Origin: a virus
Taxonomy: Duplodnaviria > Heunggongvirae > Uroviricota > Caudoviricetes
Strand: one strand, 5' to 3'
DNA: 64,000 bases
Virus record (IMG/VR): IMGVR_UViG_3300035703_000003
Shown: piece by piece, positions 7,023 to 14,879 of the stretch
How positions within the stretch are numbered: position 1 is the stretch's first letter
Layout: each line of letters begins with the position of its first letter
Made by a program: the position numbers and the translations under genes
Notes under the pieces: generated by a model
What the model was told of the DNA's origin: nothing
The model's input: only the letters and a program-made list of their open reading frames with translations
The model's database searches: none

Positions 7023-7098
7023 TGGCTCCCTGACGTGGGCTCGAACCACGGACCCGATGATTAACAGTCATCTGCTCTACCAACTGAGCTATCAGGAA
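7023..7098 (-). tRNA. tRNA-Asn (anticodon GTT)
   Basis: Acceptor TTCCTGA/TCAGGGA, D-arm GCTCAGTTGGTAGAGC, anticodon stem GATGA/TCATC with loop CTGTTAA, T-arm CGTGG-TTCGAGC-CCACG, CCA encoded. Confidence 0.75.
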
Positions 7099-7329
7099 AC
7101 ACTATGCTTTTGGCTCTACTCAGCGTCATCCAGAGCGATTTAACTAGAGGGGTGCTTTTCTCCAGTACCGTTATTCTTGTGGCTTACGGAGTTATCCTCC
7201 TGCACTAGTTTATTCTATAAATACACGATGATAAAAAAGACTTGGTCTATTATATTACCGTGTATTATTGTTGTCAGCTTTTTTCTAGCTGTAAGCAATC
7301 TTTTTACCACATGGCATAATCATCAAATG

Positions 7330-7697
7330 CTGTTGGAAATACTTCACAGCACTGAATAATTCAATTGCTCGTTCTACTTACACATACACCCCAGCATTTC
7401 TGCGTAGTCCGCAAAGTGTTGGGTGGCCTACCCTCATTCACAGGATGTATGTGAAAATAGAATCGTTGTCTCTACTTACAAGTATGTTAGTCTGTCTTTG
7501 AAACAGCGAGCGCCCGTCGGCTTTTTACATAGGTCAACCCAACCACGCACGGAGTCGAACCGTGCTACTCCCATTTCTAACATACATGTAAGTAGAGATT
7601 TGATAATGTATGTTGGTTGCATACATCGTCTACTTACAATCCCTATCATCGCTTTCGCTAAGGAATGTGATAAGCTATAATAGCTTACCGTAATACG
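7330..7697 (-). ncRNA. Second structured non-coding locus downstream of the duplicated promoter-leader element (T-arm-like CACGG-TTCGACT-CCGTG, nested hairpins)
   Basis: No credible ORF. Inverted repeats are TGTAAGTAGAG/CTCTACTTACA and ATGTATG...CATACAT. It lies downstream of the 7698-7777 element, which is homologous to 6301-6380. Confidence 0.35.
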
Positions 7698-7777
7698 TCT
7701 AAATTGTCAAAGAGCGTGTAAACAACTTCTTGCTTACTGTGTTAACTTAGCGTCTTGTTTTTGCTTTGTCAACAACT
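7698..7777 (-). repeat. Promoter-leader repeat, copy 2 (homologous to 6301-6380)
   Basis: Shared blocks are CAAAGAGCGT(A/G)TAA(G/A)CAACTT...TTGCT...GTCAACA. Reverse complement gives TTGACA-N17-TAAGTT. Confidence 0.5.
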
Positions 7778-7836
7778 TTTTTCTTTTTTGTTTGAGTGCT
7801 TCAATCTTTGTTACAAGTTTCTGCGTCCCTTACTAG

Positions 7837-7868
7837 TTATATATAGTGTATGATGTCTTGCCTGTCAA
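7837..7868 (-). promoter_or_regulatory. Sigma70-type promoter TTGACA-N17/18-TATATA (minus strand)
   Basis: Reverse complement reads TTGACAggcaagacatcatacacTATATA and shares the ...ACACTATAT core with the other early promoters. Confidence 0.5.
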
Positions 7869-7875
7869 GTATTAT

Positions 7876-7935
7876 TTTGTCTTTTTTTTTGCCATTAAAA
7901 AAGCCCCGCAGCTTTCGCTTGGGGCCTTGGTGTTC
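7876..7935 (-). terminator. Terminator-like GC hairpin with flanking T/A runs
   Basis: GCCCCGCAGCTTTCGCTTGGGGC hairpin. On the minus strand it is followed by TTTTTTAATGGCAAAAAAAAA. Confidence 0.4.
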
Positions 7936-8294
7936 GAACTTTATAAGTTGTTCAGCTACCTCGGCCCGCCTGCACGGAATCGACACTAGGATTGCCCCCT
8001 AGTGACCATGTATTCTGTGCTGTGGTTCCGCATGTAATCATTGAACTGTTTATTCCTTATATAAGTTTATTTATCATCTGAGATAAAATTATCTTACACT
8101 TTTATTTATCATCTTGAAAATATTTAGTCTGCGTCCGGCAACTGCAAAGCCTGAGAAAGCGTTTATCGGTTTTACCAGCAGTGTTAGGACTTCTTACTTC
8201 GAATTATCTTATCGGTCCATTTTTACGCCTTAAGTAGAGAATCTCAATTATAAACTACAAGACGCAGACTAAAACTTTGGTGCCCTAAGGCGTG

Positions 8295-8735
8295 TTACAT
8301 TCCTAGTTTATACGAGCTGTTGCTCACAGTAAACGATTGCTTCCAAGACCATTCGTCTAGAACAAGTTGGTTAAACACATCGTCTTCAAGTTCGATTACG
8401 TCTTCAACACTTAGTTCAAGCATACGAGCTGCACGATTGTAATCACTTTCGTAACTACGTGGTGCAGAAGGGATACCTTTAATCTCTTTAATTTTTTCTA
8501 GATCACCTGTGTTTGCTAGTTTTGCATTTTCTTTTGTGATCTTAACAGTAAGTGTTTTGTAATCGTTAACTGCTTCATCGTATTCAGCAATGTGCTTAAT
8601 CTTGTTTTGACGAACAATCATTAGGAGCTCGTCTTTTTTCATCTTTACACTACGCATAGCGTTTCTCCCATTCATACGCATATTAAACTTCCTTAAAAGA
8701 ATATTTGGTGCCCCCGGTCGGACTCGAACCGACAC
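8295..8735 (-). CDS. Hypothetical protein
   Basis: 146-aa ORF in the minus-strand gene series, ending next to a tRNA. Confidence 0.55.
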   Translation of the reverse strand: MSVRVRPGAPNILLRKFNMRMNGRNAMRSVKMKKDELLMIVRQNKIKHIAEYDEAVNDYKTLTVKITKENAKLANTGDLEKIKEIKGIPSAPRSYESDYNRAARMLELSVEDVIELEDDVFNQLVLDEWSWKQSFTVSNSSYKLGM

Positions 8736-8782
8736 TATGCGGATTTTGAATCCGCCGACTCTACCAATTGGCCTACAGAGGC
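8706..8782 (-). tRNA. Class-I-shaped tRNA with anticodon CAA (Leu codon UUG)
   Basis: Same scaffold as 4528..4604 and 10426..10502: acceptor 3' strand CGGGGGC, discriminator A, D-region GGCCAATTGGTAGAGT, T-arm GTCGG-TTCGAGT-CCGAC. Anticodon stem GCGGA/TCCGC with loop TTCAAAA, 5-nt variable loop. Confidence 0.6.
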
Positions 8783-9069
8783 GATATTAAAACAGAGAGG
8801 AAAGAGTGAGTAATAAAGTTCTAGCAAAGTGCATGTAGCGTGGTATACAGACCTACTTTTGCAAAAAACAAATCGCAATCTACAATGCTTATATTTCCGA
8901 TTATCAACATGCAGTGTCAATTAAGACGAATATAATAAAATCGGAACACATAGCTGGAGACCATAAACGATCATGTTATGCAAGTAACGCTTGCCCGCCT
9001 CTATTCTCTTTTCTCTTTCCTACTCTGGGTAGTTTCGGGCAAGTTGCCTTGCCCTGGGTCTACCAAAAC

Positions 9070-9669
9070 TTATTCTACAATACCTGCACGAGCAAGGAAA
9101 TGCTCTGCTTCATCGTCAAGCACAATTGTAGTGCTTACGTTAAGCTCTAGCAACGAGTCTTGCAGTGCAGTCTTTACTCGCTTTAGACGAGCGAGTTCGG
9201 CTTTGAATTCTTCGATCTTCTCTTTATCGAAGATGTTAGTAGTGACAGTGTCGTCACCGAAACGACCGTAAACGTCTGCTTTGTCACGACCTTTAATCTT
9301 GCCTAGCTTACCGACAAGAACATCGTTAGCTACTGCAGGCTCTAGCTTGCTTAGACGCCCGTATAGCTGCATGTCTTTGTCTAGCATTGCTACATCAGCT
9401 AGCAAGCTATCAATACCGGAAGCGGCGTTAGCATGGGCTACTGCCTTGCGAATTTCGTAAAGAACGCCTAGCAGCTTGCCACGAGTAGCAAGATGTGTCT
9501 CAAAGCGGTTAGTAGCTTCGGACACCTTTTCGCTAGGCTTTTCGAATTCGTTAACCGAAACTTCTGTGCCTAGATCTAGTGTGCCTAGCATTTCATTAAT
9601 TGCGTGTTGTAGTGCGTTTGCTTTACGAAGTGAGATTTCCATTACTTTGTCCTTTGTGTTCGTTTTCAA
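9070..9669 (-). CDS. Hypothetical protein
   Basis: 199-aa ORF with overlapping genes upstream and downstream, consistent with operonic packing. Confidence 0.55.
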   Translation of the reverse strand: MKTNTKDKVMEISLRKANALQHAINEMLGTLDLGTEVSVNEFEKPSEKVSEATNRFETHLATRGKLLGVLYEIRKAVAHANAASGIDSLLADVAMLDKDMQLYGRLSKLEPAVANDVLVGKLGKIKGRDKADVYGRFGDDTVTTNIFDKEKIEEFKAELARLKRVKTALQDSLLELNVSTTIVLDDEAEHFLARAGIVE

Positions 9670-10246
9670 TTTTCTTTGCGATTACTTTGTGTAGACCTGG
9701 ATTAATAACTAGCATTTGTGTTACAACGTTTTCACGAATATAGTTTCTAATGTATGAAGTGTCAAGATTTGATTTGTCTTCAACCCAACTTACATTTTTT
9801 CGTTTACACCAATCAACAAACTCGTGCTTTCTGTTTAACCTAAACGGCCTAATAACGTTTTCATTTTGGTAAGGAATAATTTTACCCTCACCGTGCATAC
9901 TTGACCAAATCCACGTTTCTACACAATCATCCAAATGATGACAAGTGATAACAGGCTTTTGCCAGGCATTTAAAACTTTATAACGTTCGTTCCTCCAGTG
10001 TTCTTCTTGGCTTACGCCCTTAGGAACAACAGTGTTGATATACGAAGTGTATAGTTTTAGTTTAGTATCGTCTGCATACTGCAAAAGAAACTTGTGTGCT
10101 TGTTCACTTGTTTCTGTGCCGTGATGCACAAATTGTAGAGTAATACGATGATTTCTTTTTAGAAAATCAACAATAGCCATACTATCAACGCCGCCACTGC
10201 AAGCAATTACAACGTCTCTGGGTAGTTTGCTTTGGACTTTAATCAT
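9623..10246 (-). CDS. tilS: TilS-like tRNA(Ile)-lysidine synthetase catalytic domain (PP-loop ATPase)
   Basis: PP-loop SGGVDS near the N-terminus. Blocks FVHHGT, CHHLDDCVETW and WVEDKSNLDTSYIRNYIR resemble the TilS N-domain motifs (HVHHGL, QHLDDQCETF, WIEDESNQDDSYDRNFLR) as I recall them. It lies immediately downstream of two CAU tRNAs. Confidence 0.7.
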   Translation of the reverse strand: MIKVQSKLPRDVVIACSGGVDSMAIVDFLKRNHRITLQFVHHGTETSEQAHKFLLQYADDTKLKLYTSYINTVVPKGVSQEEHWRNERYKVLNAWQKPVITCHHLDDCVETWIWSSMHGEGKIIPYQNENVIRPFRLNRKHEFVDWCKRKNVSWVEDKSNLDTSYIRNYIRENVVTQMLVINPGLHKVIAKKIENEHKGQSNGNLTS

Positions 10247-10262
10247 CGCATTACTCTAGTTT

Positions 10263-10338
10263 GGTGGAAGGACTGGGACTCGAACCCAGATAGTTACGTT
10301 TATGAGACGTATGCATTCACCAATTATACTATCCTTCC
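10263..10338 (-). tRNA. tRNA with anticodon CAT (copy A; Met, fMet or Ile2)
   Basis: Acceptor GGAAGGA/TCCTTCC perfect, anticodon stem TACGT/ACGTA with loop CTCATAA, T-arm CTGGG-TTCGAGT-CCCAG, CCA encoded. Confidence 0.7.
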
Positions 10339-10342
10339 GATT

Positions 10343-10419
10343 TGGTAGGGGATACCGGACTTGAACCGATAACCTGCCGATTATGAGTCGGACGCTCTAA
10401 CCAATTGAGCTAATCCCCC
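10343..10419 (-). tRNA. tRNA with anticodon CAT (copy B; Met, fMet or Ile2)
   Basis: Acceptor GGGGGAT/ATCCCCT, D-arm GCTCAATTGGTTAGAGC, anticodon loop CTCATAA, T-arm ATCGG-TTCAAGT-CCGGT, CCA encoded. Confidence 0.7.
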
Positions 10420-10425
10420 TAACTT

Positions 10426-10502
10426 TGGTGCCCCCGGTCGGACTCGAACCGACACTACGCAGATTTTAAGTCTGCTGACTCTACCTATTGGCCTACAAGG
10501 GC
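10426..10502 (-). tRNA. Class-I-shaped tRNA with anticodon TAA (Leu codon UUA)
   Basis: Same scaffold as 8706..8782 (acceptor 3' strand CGGGGGC, D-region GGCCAATAGGTAGAGT, identical T-arm). Anticodon stem GCAGA/TCTGC with loop CTTAAAA, 5-nt variable loop. Confidence 0.6.
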
Positions 10503-10509
10503 GTAGTTC

Positions 10510-10592
10510 TGGTGCGGGCACCCGGACTCGAACCGGGACGCATTGAGCAAGAGATTTTAAGTCTCTCGTGGCTACCATTTCACCATGCCCGC
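10510..10592 (-). tRNA. tRNA-Leu (anticodon TAA), class II with long variable arm
   Basis: Acceptor GCGGGCA/TGCCCGC, anticodon stem AGAGA/TCTCT with loop CTTAAAA, about 11-nt variable region, T-arm CCCGG-TTCGAGT-CCGGG, CCA encoded. Confidence 0.65.
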
Positions 10593-10605
10593 ATAAGTTG
10601 TTTTT

Positions 10606-10682
<77 letters not shown>

Positions 10683-10697
10683 AGCAAAAAACAACTT

Positions 10698-10991
10698 TTA
10701 TATCTGAACAGGTAATCGACCAGTTACGCTATACATTTTCTTGATAATAGCATTAACGTCGGATTCTGTCAAGTATCCACGAACACCTTTGTTACCGGTA
10801 ATTCCAGGAAGCTCAACAAATCCAAATTCAACTCCATCATCGGAGCCGTAAGTCGCAATTTCAAAGAGATCTGAGTCTTTGCCCATACCGTCGTCAATGA
10901 CACTTAGTTGGTAGGATCCAAAACCAAGTAGAACTTGATTTCCGTTCCTCCATTTATCTTTTTGAATCATTGTAAAGTCTGACAGTTTCAT
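10698..10991 (-). CDS. Hypothetical protein
   Basis: 97-aa ORF. Confidence 0.45.
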   Translation of the reverse strand: MKLSDFTMIQKDKWRNGNQVLLGFGSYQLSVIDDGMGKDSDLFEIATYGSDDGVEFGFVELPGITGNKGVRGYLTESDVNAIIKKMYSVTGRLPVQI

Positions 10992-11385
10992 TTTGTATCT
11001 CTTGTTACAGTATTATTTATATCTTAATTTTCACGGTTTGTCAATATTATTCTTCTGTAACAGTAACTTTTTTATCTTTTGTTTCAGGATCGAACGTCAT
11101 ACTTTGTACAATTGCCTTTACATCATTTTTATCTGTTGCAACTACTACAACTTCATTATCAACACGAATGTAATATGCCATTAGTTTGACTCCTGACCGT
11201 AAGGGATGAACTCAACAGTCCACTTACCATCAGACCAAACGTTAAGGTACTTCATCCAGTATTTGTGCATACCGTATTTGTTTTTGTGAAGCCGAGTGAG
11301 GTAGCTTAGTGTGCCGCTGTGAATCATCTTGTTCATCCTCTGTTTTCTACTCTATATACATAGCACGTAGGTTGAGTGCTGTCAA

Positions 11386-11601
11386 TCAAAAAGGTTCTGG
11401 TTCTTCCACCTGGACGTATTCTTCTTCGGTCAGTCCTGCGATGTAGCTTTCGATGGTGTCCGAAAGGTGCATTTCGATGTCTTCCTGTAGGCTTTCCAGT
11501 GTGTCTTTGGGGAACTCAGGCAGTCCCGCTCTTAGTGTGTTCATAGCACTTTGGACCGCAAGGTCTACCAGAGTGTTGAGTCGTTGTTCAGAAACTACCA
11601 T
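11386..11601 (-). CDS. Small acidic hypothetical protein
   Basis: 71-aa ORF, acidic (EEEYVQVEEPEPF). Confidence 0.4.
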   Translation of the reverse strand: MVVSEQRLNTLVDLAVQSAMNTLRAGLPEFPKDTLESLQEDIEMHLSDTIESYIAGLTEEEYVQVEEPEPF

Positions 11602-11616
11602 TTTGGTTATCCTTTT

Positions 11617-11991
11617 CTACCATTTAATTCCAAGAGCCGCAAGTTCAGCTGGCGAAAGTTTGCTGATAGCGGTCAGCCGCAGATCAGCCTTACGCTTTTC
11701 GGCAGCTTCACGAGCAAGTCGCACAGCATCTTCTTTCTTATGACGTTTCCACCATGCTTCAACGTGTCCACGCTTTACACCAGCTTCTTTCCAGTCGATC
11801 CGTGCCAGCAGCCCATCAAGACCGCCAACAATCACACCTTCTTCGGCAGCAGTGAAGACGCCGCAAAGTGTAGCTTCGAAAGATTCGATATCCATCCCGT
11901 GGCGGGTTTCTTTACGAGGGGCATCCCAATCATCAGATCTGCAAGGCATTTTGTATCTCCTTATTTCGTATAGACGAAGTGCTTGTTCCAC
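11617..11991 (-). CDS. Hypothetical protein
   Basis: 124-aa ORF. Confidence 0.45.
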   Translation of the reverse strand: MEQALRLYEIRRYKMPCRSDDWDAPRKETRHGMDIESFEATLCGVFTAAEEGVIVGGLDGLLARIDWKEAGVKRGHVEAWWKRHKKEDAVRLAREAAEKRKADLRLTAISKLSPAELAALGIKW

Positions 11992-12374
11992 CGACCAACT
12001 TTGATGTCAGTGTAGAACGCAATGTGGAAGTAATCAGTCATGCTGTCGCTCTCGTCGAACCAGTCCGTGCCACGCATTGCAGCAAGAAGTTCGTTAAACA
12101 TCGAGCGGATCTTACCTTTGTAGTGGTCGTTGATCCAGTAAGTGTTAACACTGTAATGACCGTCGACAGGGTAAAAACGCTCATTGCGGCGTTCAGCAAC
12201 TTCGAGGTTAGACTTGTTAGCTTCACCAATAAGGTCAAGTTTGCCTTCAGTGATCGTCACAACAAGCGAGGAATGGTTATCAACACTGATCGAGCCTTTC
12301 ATGCCATACTTTTTCAGCACAGCTTTGATGGCCGGAGCCTTAGCACGTTTCATCTCTTGCGACACATAAGCCAT
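11961..12374 (-). CDS. Hypothetical basic protein
   Basis: 137-aa ORF located directly downstream of the promoter at 12409-12437. Confidence 0.55.
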   Translation of the reverse strand: MAYVSQEMKRAKAPAIKAVLKKYGMKGSISVDNHSSLVVTITEGKLDLIGEANKSNLEVAERRNERFYPVDGHYSVNTYWINDHYKGKIRSMFNELLAAMRGTDWFDESDSMTDYFHIAFYTDIKVGRWNKHFVYTK

Positions 12375-12408
12375 TTTTGAAGTCCTCTTCTTTACTGCCT
12401 ACATTTAT

Positions 12409-12437
12409 AATATAGTGTAAGACGTCTTGGTTGTCAA
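12409..12437 (-). promoter_or_regulatory. Sigma70-type early promoter TTGACA-N17-TATATT with AAGACGTCTT palindrome in the spacer
   Basis: Reverse complement reads TTGACAaccaagacgtcttacacTATATT. Confidence 0.65.
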
Positions 12438-12440
12438 CCT

Positions 12441-12662
12441 TTATTTAAACTGACGATTTAGTTTCGACAACGCTCGGCGCTCTGCATTGATACGCAAGCG
12501 AACTGCACCGCGAGCTTCGTTCAACAACCAGTCCCACTCACGTTGCTTGCCTTCTGGCGTATGGTTGGCCCAACGAATCCAAAACAAGCTATCTGAATCA
12601 GGACGACGACCGTATGCTGCTTCAACTAGGTCAGCTACTTTCGAATCATTGTAAGTAAACAT
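12441..12662 (-). CDS. Small hypothetical protein
   Basis: 73-aa ORF downstream of the promoter at 12689-12717. Confidence 0.5.
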   Translation of the reverse strand: MFTYNDSKVADLVEAAYGRRPDSDSLFWIRWANHTPEGKQREWDWLLNEARGAVRLRINAERRALSKLNRQFK

Positions 12663-12688
12663 TTTTGGTCTCCTTGTTGTTACATGTA

Positions 12689-12717
12689 TAATATAGTGTA
12701 AGAGCTCTTGAATGTCA
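12689..12717 (-). promoter_or_regulatory. Sigma70-type early promoter TTGACA-N17-TATATT with AAGAGCTCTT palindrome in the spacer
   Basis: Reverse complement reads TTGACAttcaagagctcttacacTATATT. The 16-bp stretch TTCAAGAGCTCTTGAA is a perfect palindrome. Confidence 0.65.
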
Positions 12718-12725
12718 ACCGCTTT

Positions 12726-13109
12726 TCAATAAGAAATTGCACTTTCTCGCATTTTATCTCCGTAAAATTTGACACCTTTTTCCTTCACAAGATCAACAAG
12801 AACTTGTGGAGTAATATCGGCAATTTCACGGAGCATATCCTCGGTGATATCATCGTCAACGTTAATCCCCCAAATTTGTGGGAATCGTTGAGGATTAAAC
12901 CGAGCTCGCATACATAGCATATTGTATGTCGAACCGATATTGTGTGGTTCAGGTTCCCCTGACAACTTAGCTACTAAGTTTTCGTTACGCCATTCGCCGA
13001 TAGGAACAATAGATTCGATTCCGTTTGTATCCCAAGAGATAAGGAATTCTGACATGTTAGCACCAATATACTGGTTCTTCGTATTCTTCGTCGTTATCTT
13101 TTTGCTCAA
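12726..13109 (-). CDS. Hypothetical protein
   Basis: 127-aa ORF. Confidence 0.5.
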   Translation of the reverse strand: MSKKITTKNTKNQYIGANMSEFLISWDTNGIESIVPIGEWRNENLVAKLSGEPEPHNIGSTYNMLCMRARFNPQRFPQIWGINVDDDITEDMLREIADITPQVLVDLVKEKGVKFYGDKMRESAISY

Positions 13110-13331
13110 GCAGATGCCGCTCGAACTCCAAGTATTCTTCGAGTGTCATGTCCATGTTATTCTCCATTGATTTTATCACACATGCCAGTGATCGCAGCCA
13201 TTCCAGCACCTTTACCGAGTGCAAACGCATACCAGCCGCATTTGGAAAAGGTGTAGGCTGTGGTGCTAATCCCTAACAACAATACAAAGCCAAACATTGC
13301 AAAAAAAGCAAAACGGTTCATGTTGTTCTCC

Positions 13332-13631
13332 TTACACCCGGATTACGTTGATATCACGATTTTCTGCTTCGTAATCAGCATCAACTGTGCCGCTCACAAA
13401 GTAACGCCGACGAGTGCCATCGGATTCAAACCCTATCTCGGTGGCATAATTTTCTTTGGGCAAGTAAGCAAACCCACGATAGTTACCGGTTTCAAACAGC
13501 ACTGCTTCGAGCAACGAAGCAACTGCTTCACGCTCGTCTGCGTTGGTATTTTTTGCAGCAAGGAAAGTATTTGCCATCTTGAGCATCTTACCAACTTCGA
13601 TCGTCTTACGAGCAGTTTTCGGCATCGGCAT
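13332..13631 (-). CDS. Hypothetical protein
   Basis: 99-aa ORF downstream of the promoter at 13655-13683. Confidence 0.5.
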   Translation of the reverse strand: MPMPKTARKTIEVGKMLKMANTFLAAKNTNADEREAVASLLEAVLFETGNYRGFAYLPKENYATEIGFESDGTRRRYFVSGTVDADYEAENRDINVIRV

Positions 13632-13654
13632 TCTCCTCTATCGCCTACATCTTA

Positions 13655-13683
13655 TATATAGTGTAAGAGCTCTTGAATGTCAA
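13655..13683 (-). promoter_or_regulatory. Sigma70-type early promoter TTGACA-N17-TATATA with AAGAGCTCTT palindrome
   Basis: Reverse complement reads TTGACAttcaagagctcttacacTATATA. Spacer is identical to that of the 12689-12717 promoter. Confidence 0.65.
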
Positions 13684-13690
13684 TCTTTTT

Positions 13691-14143
13691 TTAGAGTTTA
13701 TCTAATCTTTTTTGGTGACGACCACCTTCAAACTGTGCAGTAAAAAATGCATCTACAATAGCATATGCTTGCTCGGCAGTTGTTTGTCTACCACCTAGAC
13801 ACAATACGTTAGCGTTATTGTGCTGTCGAGTAAGTGCTGCAGTTTCTGCGTTATAGCAAAGACCTGCCCTAATGTGACTGTATCGGTTTGCTGCAATACT
13901 AATACCAATACCTGTGCCACAGATAAGGATGCCAAATTCATTACCACCTTCAGTAATAGTTTCACATACTGCTTTTGCATAATCTGGATAATCTACACTA
14001 GCAGTGTCATGACAGCCAAAATCTTTAACGACTACAGAATATTTGTCTGTAAAAGGATCTTTACTACGCAAATATGAAACAATCGCTTGTTTAAGTTCGT
14101 ATCCGCCATGGTCACAACCAATGGCAATTTTAAAGGCTGACAT
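13691..14143 (-). CDS. rpiB: RpiB/LacAB-family sugar-phosphate isomerase (ribose-5-phosphate isomerase B-like)
   Basis: 150 aa. The N-terminus KIAIGCDHGGYELK and overall length are typical of RpiB. Confidence 0.7.
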   Translation of the reverse strand: MSAFKIAIGCDHGGYELKQAIVSYLRSKDPFTDKYSVVVKDFGCHDTASVDYPDYAKAVCETITEGGNEFGILICGTGIGISIAANRYSHIRAGLCYNAETAALTRQHNNANVLCLGGRQTTAEQAYAIVDAFFTAQFEGGRHQKRLDKL

Positions 14144-14585
14144 CTTCTAATCCTGCTGCTCTAAGTTTTACAATGTTATTGATTTGGAATTGCTTTGCAT
14201 CAAGTGCTTTAATCAAGCCCATGAACTTGTTTCGTATAAGTGCAAATTCATTCACGATATGTTGTTGGTCCACAACCTCTTGAACGCCGTCTACATATTT
14301 TTCAGCATCACGACTAGTCAATGCACGATTGTAGTGTTCGAGAAATTTCTTGTAATGTTCTGTTCGTTTTTTGCGAAGTTCGATATTCAAGTATTCTAAT
14401 ATTGCTTCAATTTCCTGCAATTGGTTAAAACGATGTTCGACTATACCTGGCATGTCACGGCTGTGCTTTTCAACATTGCCTTTAAGGCCACACTCTATAC
14501 GAGCTTGTGCTAGCTGATTTTCGTAATAATCAATTGCAGGAATAATTTGAGATATGTCCTGACGGATTTCTCTAAACCAGTTCAT
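14130..14585 (-). CDS. Hypothetical protein
   Basis: 151-aa ORF. Translationally coupled to its neighbours. Confidence 0.5.
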   Translation of the reverse strand: MNWFREIRQDISQIIPAIDYYENQLAQARIECGLKGNVEKHSRDMPGIVEHRFNQLQEIEAILEYLNIELRKKRTEHYKKFLEHYNRALTSRDAEKYVDGVQEVVDQQHIVNEFALIRNKFMGLIKALDAKQFQINNIVKLRAAGLEDVSL

Positions 14586-14588
14586 TAC

Positions 14589-14879
14589 TTACCATTTATC
14601 TTCATCTTCAGAGTCATAATCTTCATAGCTGTCGCTATCAATATATACTTCTCTCAAGACTCTGTCAAGTGTGCTATCATATCCTACCCATTCGTCTGCA
14701 GTTTCAGATAAGTCGCAAACATTCTCATTAATAATGTCTAAAAACTTTTGACATGCAGTTTCTTTTTCTTTAGGGTTTAAATATGTTTTCATTGACATCC
14801 AAATGTCAACGTATGTTTGTATTTCAGATTCGTTTAGTTTCATAGTTAGTTTAGGCCTCCAAGATGTTTTGGGTATCAT
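14589..14879 (-). CDS. Small acidic hypothetical protein
   Basis: 96-aa ORF with an acidic C-terminus (DSDSYEDYDSEDEDKW). Confidence 0.45.
   Translation of the reverse strand: MIPKTSWRPKLTMKLNESEIQTYVDIWMSMKTYLNPKEKETACQKFLDIINENVCDLSETADEWVGYDSTLDRVLREVYIDSDSYEDYDSEDEDKW

Noticed and set aside
14130-14585. Calling the 151-aa protein next to UvsX a UvsY-like mediator
   Set aside because: The position is suggestive, but I could not match any UvsY sequence block from memory. It is left as hypothetical.
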